Assembly (NCBI RefSeq): GCF_016432865.1 | Contig: NC_067400.1 | Coordinates: 262,136,001-262,200,000, forward strand | DNA length: 64,000 nucleotides | Direction of reading: 5' to 3' | Origin: Antechinus flavipes | Lineage: Eukaryota | Shown: piece after piece, positions 1 to 13,775 of the stretch | Layout: the number at the start of each line of letters is the position of its first letter | Numbering within the stretch: position 1 is the stretch's first letter | Position numbers and translations under genes: made by a program | The notes under the pieces: model-generated | Seen by the model: only the letters and a program-made list of their open reading frames with translations | The model's database searches: none | Told to the model about the DNA's origin: nothing

Positions 1-190
1 ATAGCAGTTCTCTTTGTGCTCACAAAGAACTGAAAAGTGAGGAAATGCCCATCAATTGGGATATGACTAAGTTTATTTCTGTGATAGAATATTGCTGTGT
101 AGTAAGACATGATGAGAAAGTTGATTTTAGAAAAACCTGCATGAAATAATGCAAAGTGAAACAAATAGAATCTAAGAGAATATCGTATAC
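1..190 (+). mobile_element. L1 3' fragment (ORF2 end/3'UTR)
   Basis: GCCCATCAATTGGG and downstream motifs match the other L1 3' copies in the window (e.g. ~37410, ~43050). Confidence 0.7.
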
Positions 191-196
191 CATTCT

Positions 197-762
197 GTTC
201 CCTTGGGGCCTTGGATCTTAGATTTATCACCTCCCAGACAGGAAGTATAGGAAGGATAGATTCTTATTCAAAAGAATTCTTCCTGATGCAAATCAGGTTC
301 CCTTAATGAGGGATTTCACTTTAATTTATGGTGACCATCTCAGTACTTATTGGACCCTATGCAAGTGAGTGACTTTATTGAAAGTGAGTTAATCTGTCCT
401 GAGAGCATAATCTTTAAAAGTTGTGGAATGCTTCATTTAAACCTTAAAAGATCTTTACATGTTAGTTTCTGTCTTTGCCCTTTACGACCCTCAGCTTTGC
501 CAAAGTCTAAAAGCCCTCCCCACATCTTACGTTATGAAAAGGAAATATTTCATTTTGGTGATGCAGGAGGAATTTGGTTTGTTTGACTATAATGGTCTTA
601 TCAACATGCTTTATAGAATCATTGTCTAGTGAATTAGAAAAAAAGAAAAAATCTCTCAAAGGGAATTAAAAGACTAATCACTTGGGGGTTCTTATGTAAG
701 AAACCAAATTGAAATATATATATACACATATATTTTCTATGTATATAAATATATATTTCTAT

Positions 763-800
<38 letters not shown>

Positions 801-1359
801 CATAGAAAAAGAAGAAAATATGTGGTTAAACCTGGTTTCATCTGTGATGACCCAAGAAGAGTTATTTATTGACTTTCAGTAACAAAAAAGTGCTAATTTT
901 CAAAAGTATACATCTAGTAGAGACACAAGAAACTTGGTCTTGAAACAAAATTGGAACAATTGTGAATGGGACTGATTGGATCAAGTATTTCTCAGATTGA
1001 GTCACATGATCCCTGTTCCCTTTGCTGGGACCCTGGGGAAGGAACTTTGACCCCTGGGATGCAGGAAGTTGCAGGAAGTGACATGACTTGTGGGAAACAG
1101 CCAACAATGGTGATCATTGATCAAGGATGGTTAGGTCCTTTTAGTCTCCAATGAGAAGGCTCGGGTCTTTTTCTTTTAAGTCCTGGACAAGGTGGAAGCT
1201 GGCCAGGTTCCAGGAGCACATGGCAGGAGTTGGGATGGCTCCCAGGTATATCTGGACCTCTCCCTGCAGGGATTAAATAAATACTTTCTCTTTCTATCTG
1301 ATGATGTCTCTGATTAATTAATTGGGAACAGGGGTCTTGCACCCAACTTGTCCCATACA
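197..1359 (+). mobile_element. 5' LTR of a class I (ERV1) provirus; left edge uncertain
   Basis: AATAAA at 1276-1281, ends ...CCCATACA at 1359, and is followed 5 nt later by a PBS. Confidence 0.7.
765..797. repeat. (TG)n microsatellite
   Basis: Direct reading. Confidence 0.95.
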
Positions 1360-1364
1360 GTTTA

Positions 1365-1382
1365 TGGGAGCTCGTCCGGGAT
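1365..1382 (+). promoter_or_regulatory. Retroviral primer-binding site, tRNA-Pro
   Basis: TGGGAGCTCGTCCGGGAT matches the canonical PBS-Pro TGGGGGCTCGTCCGGGAT at 17/18. Confidence 0.92.
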
Positions 1383-3245
1383 CTGGCTTCCTAGAGAGAT
1401 GGCTGGGATCCTAATTCAAGGTAAGCACCAGGTTGGGTTCTCCAACTGACCTTGAGATCAGATTCTCAACTTCTCTCTCTGGGCCTAAGAGAGACACTCA
1501 AATGCAAACAGAAGACATAAATCTTCAAAGATGAAACTCGAGTGAGAGAGAGCCAGGTAACTTATGCATGCACGATCCTAGAGCACTATCTGCTAATGTG
1601 CTCTTGAACTATCCTAGTGTGCCCTGGAATCATCAAGCTTTGGGTGATCCATATTAAGAGGTGAGGGGTAGATTAAGGAGTTCTGTTAATGAAACAGGAT
1701 AGAGGCATTCTAGGAATGCTAGGAAGGTAGGCAACTCTTTCTGACCCTGATCTGCCAAGCCACCCTGGGGAGGTCGGCTGTGCATTTGCTGGAGACCAGG
1801 GGGTAAGATTGGATGCTCTGAGAGTTGGCAGTCCAACTCAAATCTTCGGAGCAAAAAGGAAAAAAAAAGTGCACTTGAGTATTTCTGTTGTCTGTGGGAA
1901 AGTGAGGAAAGGATGGTCTCTTCCATGTAATTTTTGTCTGTGTTTGTCTTTGTGCAAAATGTCTTTGTCATGTTTGTTCTGTGAGCTAGAATTTGTTAGA
2001 GGAAAAAAAGAGAGAAAAGTCTGACTTTCCTGTAGGCTCAATTCTGGCCAAAATTAAAGCTTTAGGAAAAGTCCATTTTGAAATGGAAATTTGGCAATTG
2101 GTCATTTCAAAATTCCAAAGCAATTCAATTGGGGAGCATTGGGCAGAAGGTGAAGAGAGAGTGAAGATGGTAGTTTCTTTTCCTTGCTCATTCCCTGACT
2201 GGAGTAGGGCCACATGAGGCCAGAGGGAAAGAAAGAAGCTATGCTGTTTAGTAAAATTCATTATTTGAAATATGATAGTAAAGCAGTTTTCATATTATTG
2301 GGAATTTAAAGCTGTATTTGATTGGATTTTAAGTTAAAATATAGGTTATTAAAACAAAATGCCAATAGCTTATCTTAGGGGAGATCATGATTGTATTTCC
2401 CTACTTAGATGCTTATGCTGCTTTCTAAAAGTACTGGGTAATTTGTAAACTATGAGTTATGCCTTAAAAATTTGTCAGCTCTTTGGGTATATGTATAAGT
2501 TTTATAAAATTTGGTTCAAAGTTATTTACTTGTGAATTTTAAAGTTTAAAAAGGTGATTTAAAGACAAGGGACAAAAAAAGATTGATTTGCAAAAGCAAT
2601 TAATAGTTTAAATGGAGCATCTATTTAGAAGGGTTATTAGTTTGGGAGTGTGTTTCAAATATGTCAGAGAAGGTTTGAGCACATGGGCATGGGGTGGGGG
2701 GAGATAGATAGAGATGGGATAGGAAGAGATGGTGTGAAAAAAGGAGGAAGAAAGAGAGAGGAAAATGGCTTGCCAGAAATAGGGGACAAAAAAGCCACAA
2801 ACCCTAGTGAATTTGCTAGCAGATTGGATCCTGGGGGTTTTGGCACCCCAAAAAGATTAGCTGTGAGAAGCTGGGGTCAGGAAGCATAGTGGAGTTGGGA
2901 GAAATACCATGTGGAGTGGGGGGAGGCCTTGTCAGGTGACAATCTAATCCCCTCCCCTGTTGTATTGCTGCTTGGTTTTTTTTTTTAAAACAAACTGTAG
3001 CTCCTTGCTCCAACAAACATTAATTGCTTCTTCTGTTTGAAGGAACAGCCTACATTTACATGGTGTTAATAACTGAATGTTTTATTTTTATTTTTCAAAT
3101 CCATAGCTGCTCTTAGAGATTTGTTGGAATTGTAAGTTTTCTGAAAGCAATTTATCTCTACTAAGGTATCCCATCTGTCTTCAGCAAATTATTTAATGTT
3201 TATTTAAGTGCATAATGGTCTCCTTGTTTAAGGGAATATGATAAA

Positions 3246-3276
<31 letters not shown>

Positions 3277-5000
3277 TAGAGCAGAATTTTAATCTGATCT
3301 GATAATTGGATAGAGTTATTTCCAAAGGTTTGATTTTTTTTTAAGAATGAAGAGAGTATTAATGTTAAATCTGAAAGGTTCTTTTATGTGGAAATTCTGT
3401 GTGAGTTTTAATTAATTGTATTGAGTCATTTTAAAGGTGTATCATTATTTAAAGGGACTCTGAGAATAATAGTTTTTGCTTTTGTCCCTTTGGAAAAATG
3501 TTTCTGTTATGAACAATATGCAATTTAGAATTTTTCCCTGTATTGGGTATTTTAAAGCAAAATGATCTGTGCATTGTTGAACTTAGAACCATCTACTTAG
3601 TTGTGAAAGATAAACTGTATAAGCTGTGAACTTTCTAGGATGAATCTCTTACTGAGATCCTTGAGATAGATTCATCTGAAGCTTTGATTAATGATAATTG
3701 CTGTAGGAGATAAAATCTTTGGGGACTGCATCTGATATTTATTTGGAGTTTTAAATTCAGGTATGACTGTCTGGATAGATCATCAAACTAGTGCTCCACC
3801 ATCTGATAGGGATATGCCATAAGCTATTCAGAAGAAGATGTTACAGGTGGAAGTTATTATTTGGGAATGACTTAGAAAGATGATCTTGGCCTCTGCTGAA
3901 GGTAGGATCTTTCTGACTCAATTTCCCAGTGGTATTCTTTTGAATAAGAACCCACCTGATTATTCCCAAGTCTGGCTTAAAGTGGAATTGTTTTAAAAAA
4001 TTAGGACAGTTACCTGAAGTAAAACTGCTTTAAGTAAATCATGTCCCTGAATTTTCCTCTTATAGCAAACGTCTGTAATCAGGGCAAGTGGTCAGTGGGA
4101 TATAAAATACAATACAAGTATATAGATATTTTAATTTGCAGCCCAGCTCTGGAGGACTTTCTGGTTGCTTTTATTATATCTTTTAACTCTTTTACTTCCT
4201 GGGGCTAGAGTTTCTTTATCTAAAGGCCTACTTCGCCCAAGTGTTTGGGGCCACTCCTGCTTTTCCTTTTGTCCCTTGCGAGAAAGCAGACAATTTCATC
4301 ACACCATGATTAGGTTAAGCTTTTTTTTTTTAAGACCCTAAAAGTTAAACTAATCTGCCTAGAGTCTTTTACACTGTATATTGATGGAAAATGGACCTAG
4401 GAATCCCAATGGGGTCTCTGGAACCCCAATCCTACACCTCTGGCTTATTTATCAAAGATCTATACTGATTTCAAATGTATTTTTCATGTTTTGCATGATC
4501 ATGGGGGGCTATATGGAAAGAGAATTTTTGACACCTAGACGATTCTCCATTAAATATGCAGAGAAAATGGTTACTGCCAGCTATCCATGGACCTAGAGAG
4601 GTTTCTGTTGTTTCTTAAATAGAGGGGAATTCACTCCAGGTGAAGGGAAGCAGGGTTACAGATCAGCTGCCCATGTTGCTGATTGTTTGCCCCTGACCAT
4701 GGCAACTTTAATTCCCTGACTCCTGCATTCCCTCATAGCTCCCAGGCAAATAAATTCTGAAAAGGGCCTGAATGTACCCCTTGCAAGGATTTCAAACTAC
4801 CTTTGGTTTTGTTAACACCTGTACTAATTGGGTAAAAACCTTCCTTTGTAAGGACCTAGGGTTTTTGCTGGAAGAGATCATACTCACTGAAAGAACATGG
4901 CTTTACCCATTACACCTACTCCTTTGAGGAAACAAAAGCAAGAATTTTGGGAAAACATTCTTTGATATTTATCCTAGGAAAAGCTGTTAGAATGAGAGGT
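1383..5000 (+). mobile_element. Decayed non-autonomous ERV1 internal region (copy 1); no matching 3' LTR seen
   Basis: Leader splice donor CAAG|GTAAGC at 1421, pol remnants, and shared blocks with copies at 28280-30990 and 31000-33180. Confidence 0.85.
4105..4860 (+). pseudogene. pol: ERV pol remnants (RT, RNase H, integrase), frameshifted
   Basis: RT YIDILICSP (degenerate YxDD) at 4119. RNase H YTDFKCIFHVLHDHG..EREFLT at 4461. Integrase-like VNTCTNWVKTFLCK at ~4800-4853 (cf. VDTFSGWVEAFP). Confidence 0.85.
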
Positions 5001-5719
5001 ATTTTTGAAAACTTCATTCTCCTCACCCCCAACTCTCTTCTGGATGGGTTTCCTGATTACTGTCCCTAGCAATCTCTTTATTAACTCTACTTTTGTTTAT
5101 TCTTTCTTTTGCTTATATTTAGTCCTTGCATTTTAATATTGCTTCTTCCAGACTCTGAGCCATGAAATTCCAACCCTTTGATCAACCTGAAATCATCTAG
5201 ATCTGATTCTGACATTCAGCACTGGATGGTTACAATTCACTTATCTCCCCTCTTCATTTCAGATCCCACTGGGCAGGGCCAGCTCTACACTCCTTGTCAG
5301 CCTGAAGTAGCTCCAAAAATGAGACCTTGTCCCTTTGTCCCAAATGAGTCTGGGTCCAAACAGCTTGAGGTGGGAATGGTGTAACAATGGCTCTGAGGCC
5401 CCGGGGCCTCCACAATGCTGTAGTTCTATGGCTGCCAGACACCAATCTATTCTTTGATGACTAGTGGAAGTGGTGTCTGATTCCTGCTCATTGTTTAAAG
5501 CAGCATTAGACTGTCACCCACTTGCTTATGAACTTAATAGGAATAGTTCAAGATTTAGAGGAGTTCAGGAATAGCTAATGTGATTCCTGAGAGCTTTCAC
5601 TGATGTGCAGGTGTTGGCTCTAAATGTAGAGGGCAGATTACAGTTAGTATTGGAGAGTGACCAGCCTGAAGGCCCAGGTCACAGAGATGCACTAGTAGAA
5701 GATGTAATATAGATGTAAT

Positions 5720-5950
5720 TCTTCATAATCCCATTTGGTTTTTTTTTTTTTTTTGTCAAAGATACTAGAATGGTTTTCTGTTTTCTTCTCCAGCTCCATT
5801 TACAGATAAGAAAACTGAGGTAAACAGGGTTAAGTGACCTACCCAGGGTCACCTAGCTAGTAAGTATCTGAGGCCAGATTTGAACTCAGGATGATCAGTT
5901 TTTCTGTCTTCAGGCCTGACTTCAGGTATCTATGTACCATCTAGTTGTTC
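5720..5950 (-). mobile_element. Mar1/MIR-family CORE-SINE
   Basis: GAAAACTGAGG..GTTAAGTGAC..CCCAGGGTCAC..GATTTGAACTCAGG core in reverse. Confidence 0.8.
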
Positions 5951-7643
5951 AATAATGAAGATAATATGCACTAATCAAGCTAGAGGCTGTTGGTTTGACC
6001 TTTTCTCCATTATTGAGAAGATGGAATTAAAGACCTTTGCTTAAATGGGCCAATCTAGGTTTCTCAGTTATAGAGTCTCATACAAAAAAAGACAAAAAGG
6101 GAAGGGGAAAAAAAAGCTCAATAATGAAAAGTAGCTTTTTAATACTTCACTGAGATTAAAAAACAGTAAGGAAATACAAAGATATTGACATGCTTGTAGA
6201 GCTATGAACTCTACTTGTAGAAATGCTTGTTATAAATTACTTTACTAACAGGAAAAACATGGACTCACAAGAATTCCAGATAGAATTTTAGAGTTAAAAG
6301 GGCAACTGGAAAATATCTAGAATCGACTGGAAAAGGTTGGAATAGCAAAAATAGAATTGGCTTACAGGAAAACTATCTTTTAGAAAGTATCTAGGACAGG
6401 AGGCTGTCACTAACAAGACAGCTCCTCCCCAGGAAATTGCAGTTAAATTTGAACTCTGTAAAGATTTTTCAAGCTTCAGTTTCATGGATGCTGATATCCT
6501 TGTGGATTTGGAAAAGTAACTAGAATCATAGAATAACCTTTAGAATTCAGCAGATTAAAATATGAATTTATATTGGTTTGATAAATTACTTGGGCACAAT
6601 TATTATTCATAGTTTATCCATGCTCTGGATAGCAATTATATGATGCTGGTGTTAAAAGCCAATGCAAGTAACATAGAAATACGAAATTAGGAGATACATG
6701 CATGGAATATTTGCCTTGTAAATGAATTGAAAGTGCATTAAAAAAGATGAATGTTATTAGAAAAGCAAGATTTTGTATTTGTTTTATGGTATACTTTTAA
6801 AAATTGTGTTATATTAGTGCTCCATTATATTTGTCTTGCATTATAATTTCTGGAAACAATACATAATAGTGCTACCTGGATTATAATAAATATATAACAT
6901 TAGGAGTTTAAATCTTCTTTGATCTGAATTCTTTGATAGTTTTTTGAGTCAAATACTGAGTATCTTCAATATGAACACTTATGAATTAGAGCTAGATCAC
7001 AGAGTAGAAACATTTGCTTGGGAGGCATGTTATTTTTCCTTTAGTCAGTGATTATTATAATATTCAAATGCATAAATTCTTGCATGTGAAGAGTTAATAT
7101 GTTCTATTGTACAGCAGCTGCTGGAAAGTTGGAAATCATATCAAAGAGCATAGTTTGAAAACACTTAAATTCAGAAGTATTAAGGAATGTAATCAAAATG
7201 CTAAGTAAGCTGTTTGTCGTATTTAAAATTTAATATCTAGAAAAAAGATTGTTATTTAGACTTATTTAAATGGCATCAACATTATCTCTAAAAAGATGTC
7301 CAGCAATAAAACATAGTAATGCTTCAGGCCATTGGTTGCAGTCTCCTCTTAGGGAAGTGAAACATTCTAGGATGAAGTCTTAAAACAAATCTCTGTGGCT
7401 TTATAAATGACATGGAACTTTTATAAAGGGGTTTTCTCAGAATACAATCTAAGTCTGTCCTCTTAAAATGGCTAGGCAATTTATGGGCAGAAGATTAAGG
7501 CTATTCCGTAACTTTGAGTTTTTCAAAAACTACATTATTATGATCATTTACATGTTTGTATTATGTACCTAATCTATTCCACGAATCCATCACTCTATTT
7601 TTTTTTATCAGTACCAGACTGTTTTTTGATGATTGTAATATAT

Positions 7644-7890
7644 GGGACAGCAAGGTGGTGCAGTAGATAGAGTGCTGGATTTGGAATCAGGAAGATTCAT
7701 TTTTATGAATTCAAATCTGGCCTCAGACATTTACTAGCTGTATGCCCTGGGAAGTTACTCGAGAAATCAGCTTCAGTTTCTTCATCTATAAAATGAATTG
7801 GAGAAGAAAATGGCAAATTACTCCAGTTTCTCTGTCAAGAAAACCCTAAACAGGTTCATGAAGAATCTGAAATAACTGAAAAACAGCAAC
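7644..7890 (+). mobile_element. Mar1 CORE-SINE
   Basis: tRNA-like head GGTGGTGCAGTAGATAGAG, TTCAAATC B-box, and Mar1-type tail GGAGAAGAAAATGGCAAA. Confidence 0.85.
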
Positions 7891-8946
7891 TGTGTAATAT
7901 AGTTTGAAATCTGCAATTGCTATCTTCCTTAAGATTATTTTACATTGATTGCCTTGATATTCTTAAGCTTTTGCTCTTCCTGATGAATTGTGTAACTATT
8001 TTTAACTCATATAATTCTTTAGGAACTTAATTGTTATAGCCCTGAATAAATAAATTAACTTAGATAGAATTTAAATTTTTATTATTTTGGCTTGGCCTTC
8101 GCATGAGTAATTAATATTTTTCCAATTATTTAAAGGTGTCATTATTTTTGTGAAAAGTGTTTTGTAATTATATTCATATAACCTCAGTGTTTGTCTTGGC
8201 AGGTAGATTCCCAAGTATTTTATATTGTCTGCAATTATTTTAGATGGAATTTCTTTCCTTTTCTTCCTACTGGATTTTCTCAGTAATATATAGAAATATT
8301 GAGAATTATATGAGTTAATTTTATATCCTGCTGAAGTTAATTATTTTAATTAGCTTTTTTTAGTTGATTCTCTAGGAGTACCATTATATTATCTGCAAAG
8401 AGTGGTCATTTTGTATCCTCATCAGTTGTTTTTATTCCTTCAGTTTCTTTTTATCATCTTATTGCTATAGCTAATATTTCTAGTACAATATTGAGTAATA
8501 TCTGCTCCATATTTGATCTTATTAGGAGGTTTTAAATTTATCCCTCAAATAGAGCTTTTGATTTTAAGTAGATACTATTTAATATTTTAAGAAAGGCTCT
8601 ATTGATTCCTCTGCATGATCATAAAAATGTGTATTGTATTTTGTCAGAAACTTTTTGAGCATCTATTGATATAATGATCTTTGTTGTTATTATTGATATG
8701 GTCAATTTTGTTGTCAGTTTTCCTAACATTGAATGAGTCCAATATTTTTGGTATAAATCCCACCTAGTCAAAGTGTAGGATTTTATGATATATTTCTGTA
8801 ATCTCCTTGCTGGTATTTTATTTAAAATGTTTGCTTTCATATTCATTAAGGAAATTGATCTATAATTTTCTTTCTCTGTTTTTGCTCTTCCTGTTTAGGG
8901 TATCAGAATCCTATTTGTGTCATAAAAGGATTTGATAAAACTCTTT

Positions 8947-9090
8947 TACCTATTTTTTTTTAAAAATTATAGCTTTTTATTTACAAAATATATATGCACA
9001 GGTAATTTTTCAGCATTGACAATTGCAAAACTTTTTGTTCCAACTTTTCCCCTCCTCCCTACCCCTTCCCCCAGATGGCATTACCTATTG
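8947..9090 (-). mobile_element. Short 5'-truncated L1 3' end nested in the older L1
   Basis: Poly-T plus L1 terminal motif, with TTACCTATT duplicated on both sides. Confidence 0.7.
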
Positions 9091-10036
9091 TTTTTTTAAA
9101 ATTATTTATATAGTATTGGAATTAATTGTTCTTTGAAGTTTGATAGAATTCATTTGTGAATGCATCTGGTCCTGGGAATCTTTTCTTAGGGAGTTCATTG
9201 ATAGCTTGTTCAATTTCTTTTTCTAACATAAGGTTATTTAAGTATCTTATTTCCTCTTTTGTTAATCTGTGTAGCTCATATTTTTGTAAATTTTTGTAAA
9301 TGTTTATCTATTTTACTTAGATTATCTGTTTTACTGGCATATTATTGGGCAAAATAACTCCTAATAATTATTTTAATTTCATCTTCATTGGTGGTGCAGT
9401 TACTCTTTCCATTTTTGGTAATATATTAACCAAGCTTTGTCTTTTTCTCCCATAAAACCTGCTCCTATTTTCATTTATTCAAATAAATTTTATTATTGGG
9501 TTTTCATATTCCAAACTCCAATCCTTTAATGTGCTAATTCTGACCATGATTCCATGGTATTTGAATGGTTTCTTTTGGATTGTTTCAAGTTTTTTTTTTT
9601 TTTTTTGAGCTGGTAATTCTCAGGTTTGAATAAATCTGGGAATTTTTATATTTGTATCTCTTTTAAGTGGTGATTGATATATTCTTTCTATTTCTATTTT
9701 ACCCTCTGATTTAAGGATTTTAGAATAGTCTTTCTTACTAATTTCTTGGAAAATTAGGCTCTTTCTTTGACTATGGCTTTCTGTAAACTCAGTAATTCTT
9801 GAATTATATTTCTTTGATCTACTTTCCAGGTTAGTTGTTTTTCCATGAGATAGTTCACATTTTCTTCTATTTTTTTTCATTTTTTTGACTTTATTATTGT
9901 TTCTTAGTATCTTATAGAGTCATTATCTTCCAGTTGCCTAATTTCAATTTTTAAGGAATTATTTCCTTCAGTGAGTTTTTGTACCTCTTTTTTCCATTCG
10001 ACCAAGACTGCTACTTTTTAAGAAGTTTTTTCTTTC

Positions 10037-10312
10037 TTTTTTTTTTTTTTTAGGACTAAATTTTTTATTCTCTGATTTAGTAGGTTATGAAACTTAAGTA
10101 CCGACTTTACTTCTGAATTTAAAAAAGCCTCATTCTCCCATATTCTCCAAGTAATGGTGATAGAAACAGCTGAGATCTGATTACACAAATATTTTTAGTG
10201 ATGAGAGCTGCAAAAGGACCATCAATAATTTTGTAATGGAAGAAAACTTTTTTAAAAAATGTTCAATTAACTGATTCTTTGCTCCGCAATGGCACACTCA
10301 GTCTTCAAATCG
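10037..10312 (-). pseudogene. Polyadenylated retrocopy fragment of an unidentified mRNA 3' end
   Basis: Poly-T at 10037-10051, AATAAA (minus) at 10064-10069, non-L1 sequence interrupting the L1 ORF1 region. Confidence 0.65.
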
Positions 10313-13300
10313 TAAGGAGGTTATTTTTACCAGTAAGTTATTGTACCTCTTTTTCCACTTAGTCAATCTTATTTTTAAGATGTTTTTTAAAAGTAATTTT
10401 TTGTACCTCTTTCACCAAGCTATTTATTGTCTTTTCATAATTTTCTTTCTTTAATTTTTTGATTTAACTTTTTTCTCCACTCTCTTACTTGAGTTTGAAA
10501 ATCATTTTTAAAAAGTTTTTTAATATTCTTGTTGGGCTTGATTCCAATTCACATTTTCCCTTGAAGCTTTGCTTATAGTTATTTTGACTTCATTATCTTC
10601 TTGTACCTTGATCTTCCCTATCATGATAGCAAATTTTTATGGTCAGGTTCCCTGTTGTTTGCTCACTTTTCCACCTTATTTCTTGATTTGAAATTCTATG
10701 TTAATGTTGGACTCTATTCCTGGCATGGGGAGTTGAAGACTTTATCTTGAGTTTCAGGTTTATTCACAGAACTAGTTCTGGGGTTTGGGAAGTTTTGAAA
10801 GCTTCCAAAGAGGAATGTTAATCTCTAGTTTGAAAGCTTCTGAAACTGCTGCTGCTTCTCTTAACACCAGCTAATTCTTCCTCTTTCCAATCTCTTATGT
10901 TGTCTAGAACTGGAATAATGTCTCACTTTGATTCTTATTGGCTCTGTCTTTCAGGAATTTTATTTGAGGCACTATTTTAAAGTTGTTTAGAGGAAAATGT
11001 TTGGAGAACTTGACTGAGTGCCTCTCCATCTTTGTTGCTCTTCATAAATGTATTGTTTAAGAAGGTATTTGATAGATGTGCACACTGGATGCTATGGTTG
11101 GTGAAGGATGAAATGATTGAGAAAACAAAAATTTGAGTTCCTGAGTCTATTGATTTATTAAGCAATATAGGCCAATTACCTTATAAATCAGAATCAGGCC
11201 TCCTTAGCTTTGGTATTGAATCCAGAGGGAAAAAGATTTTTGTGCATTAAAAACAATCAAATAAGCCTAATTAATTAATTAATAGTAATGAGAATACAAA
11301 ATTAGGTAATATGGTTTTTAATTAGAGGAAAGATTAAGGGCTTGAGAGTTGGGAGAAGGAGAGCAAATAGACACAATTTCCTGAAATCAGAAAAACATCT
11401 GTCATATTCCCCCAACTGTCTCTTTTCTGTTAAAGGAGCATGGAAACAATAACTTATTATCCAGAATAGATAAAATATGGGCTCCTTGAGATGTATAATT
11501 GTATGAAAACTCCTTTCATCAGTCTTTGGATGTAAATGGGTTTCTGGTCAGCACATCCTAGGTCTTTAGTTAAAGATCTCTTAAGTAACAGGTAGAATTA
11601 GTCCAGCTTCCCAGCCATGCAAGATTATGTTCAAACAATGCAATAAAGTTTGTTTTTTTTTTTTCACAATTCTCCCACCTGAAGATTCCTTAACAGGAAT
11701 TGGAAAAAAGACCCTAGTTGAATAGAAATGGAACTGAGCTAGATTCAGAAGTGAATCAGAAGGTGGAATCATTGTGGTTAGTTCAATTCCTTTAATATAT
11801 AAAGTGTCTCTAATGATCAATATACAGATAATGCAATATTGATGACAATACTTTTCTTCATACTGATATCACTGCATTATGTAAGGAAATAGATTTAGGC
11901 TTCCTGGTTCCTGGTAATATTGATCTGAATGGAATAGAACCATATTGTTATATTATTTCAGAATCTTAAAAAAATCAGGAAAGAAGGTAAATGTTTGGAA
12001 AGGCTATTTTTAGATTCTTTAAAAACCCGTTGCTTTTTAGTATTCTCATTTTTCTAAGGGGGCAACTACATGATTTGCATAACTCTTACTAGTACCTAGG
12101 ACTTACTGCCTCAGAATGACAAGTAATAAGTTGGTAAGTAAATTGTTTATCTTCAGCATGAGACCAACACTGCAGTCTTAGTCTGTCATTATCTAAAGGA
12201 CTAAAAAAAAAAGATCAATAGTTGATGCAATTAAAAAAGGATAGTGTCCTAATGACAGAAGCCAAAGTGAAAAAGTTTGAGATATATTTGAAAGAACTTT
12301 ATGTCATTTCTGCACTGGGGAACACCATAAAAATTCTCTTGTCATTAATGAATGGAATTGCCCTAGAGGCTGAGTTGTTTGAATAGAGTAGAATATGTTT
12401 TAAGGTCCAGATATTCCTTGAATTGGCAGTGGCCAATACGTATTAATTTCACTCATCTGTATTGTCCTGAAAAGCTACATGATAAATCATCAATTTTTGC
12501 TAGCCTATGGCTCTGGAATTTTATCTAGATTCTCTGATTTTGAATGGAGCCATTCATAAGATACTCTCCATGCCTGTGAACCCATTGAGGGAGGCTGAAC
12601 CTTGAAACAAGGGCACCAGGAAGTATGCTCATGGCACTGAATTGATCTTAATAGTATATGAGAGATCAAGCCCTTGTGAGAGACTAGTCAGTTCATTAGT
12701 ATTTATGGAATAACAGCAGATATTTGGTACTGAAACAGGGAATCAGTGAAGCTTTCTGACTTTTGTAATCATCCAGTTGAAGTATGCACAAAAATTAGAG
12801 ATGATACAGTTGCAATGCATGATAAGATTTGTTTGGTTGATCCAAGAATATTAAGTATACCCTTCAGATGTGACTGTAGCTAATATTGGAACACTCAATA
12901 TGTATTCAGAATATCCTTTTGTAATAGCTTTGACTCAGGGCATCAGACTATATCTACTGGCTAGGTGCCCAACAGAATAATATTATTTTTCAGTTCCAAT
13001 TGCCCTTTAAACTAGACAACCCTCATCCTAGAGAGCTTCATAAATTCTGATCGCTTTCTGGCTACTGTGTAGGAAAATGAAGGACTTGAAACTCTACTGA
13101 ACTTGAGAACTCTAGATTTGTATCTTTATCTACTGTCTTGCTTTTTATACCCTTACTGGTATGATCTATATATATGAAAAGTAATCTTTCATCCCTAATA
13201 TGCCAAACAAATTATGGTTTCTGGAATAGCTCTCTCTGTTGCATTGTTTTCTTACATTTCCAGTAAAGTAAATTGGGAAAATTGGGAAAATTCTGCCTTT

Positions 13301-13454
13301 TTTTGGATTTTTCCTTTTCTAAGTGACTTCTTAGAATTTGTTTAACGAATTTGTGCCAAAGAAGCACAGTGATGAATTTTTCTTCTACAGTATCCAAATG
13401 GAAAAGTTAAGAAAATTATCATTTGGAAGTGACCAAAAATAGTCCATCAGTACC

Positions 13455-13630
13455 AAAAGAATGCTATGTAGTAGAAGACCCCAACTTTGACTCTGCTACT
13501 TACATTAGTCATTATAGAGCAATCATTTAACCTTTCTGAACCTCAGTTTCCACCTGTATAAAATGAAGATAATAGTTGTGCTACTTCCCTCACAAGGCTC
13601 TTATGAGGAACAAGGCTTTGTAAATCTTTA
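13455..13630 (+). mobile_element. MIR SINE
   Basis: TTTAACCTTTCTGAACCTCAGTTTCC..TGTATAAAATG core. Confidence 0.7.
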
Positions 13631-13775
13631 AGGGCAAACTAATTATGCCTTATGCTTATTTATTTATTAATTCATTCATTCATTTATCTATTTATTTGTT
13701 TATTTATTCATTCACTTATTTTTGTTTGTTTAGTGTGGCATAGTGTATAAAGGGCTGGCCTTGGATTCAGGAAGA

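Larger units (their letters stand above)
7900..11030 (-). mobile_element. Old fragmented L1 (ORF2/ORF1/5' parts)
   Basis: ORF2 RT-like peptide at 8619-8846 (ANILNKI..IISIDAQK) and ORF1-like peptide at 9620-9880 (TTNLESRS). Confidence 0.85.

Noticed and set aside
5160-5700. Possible env or 3' LTR of ERV copy 1
   Set aside because: No match to the 5' LTR and no env motif; left unassigned.
6252-6515. Apparent exon with AG/GT ends
   Set aside because: Stops in all frames, and the start resembles a MIR-type head (AGAATTTTAGAG).
12150-12950. Unassigned sequence examined for a non-retroviral EVE (borna-, filo-, parvovirus)
   Set aside because: The segments I translated gave only short frames with no viral motif; a tblastn would be needed to exclude this fully.
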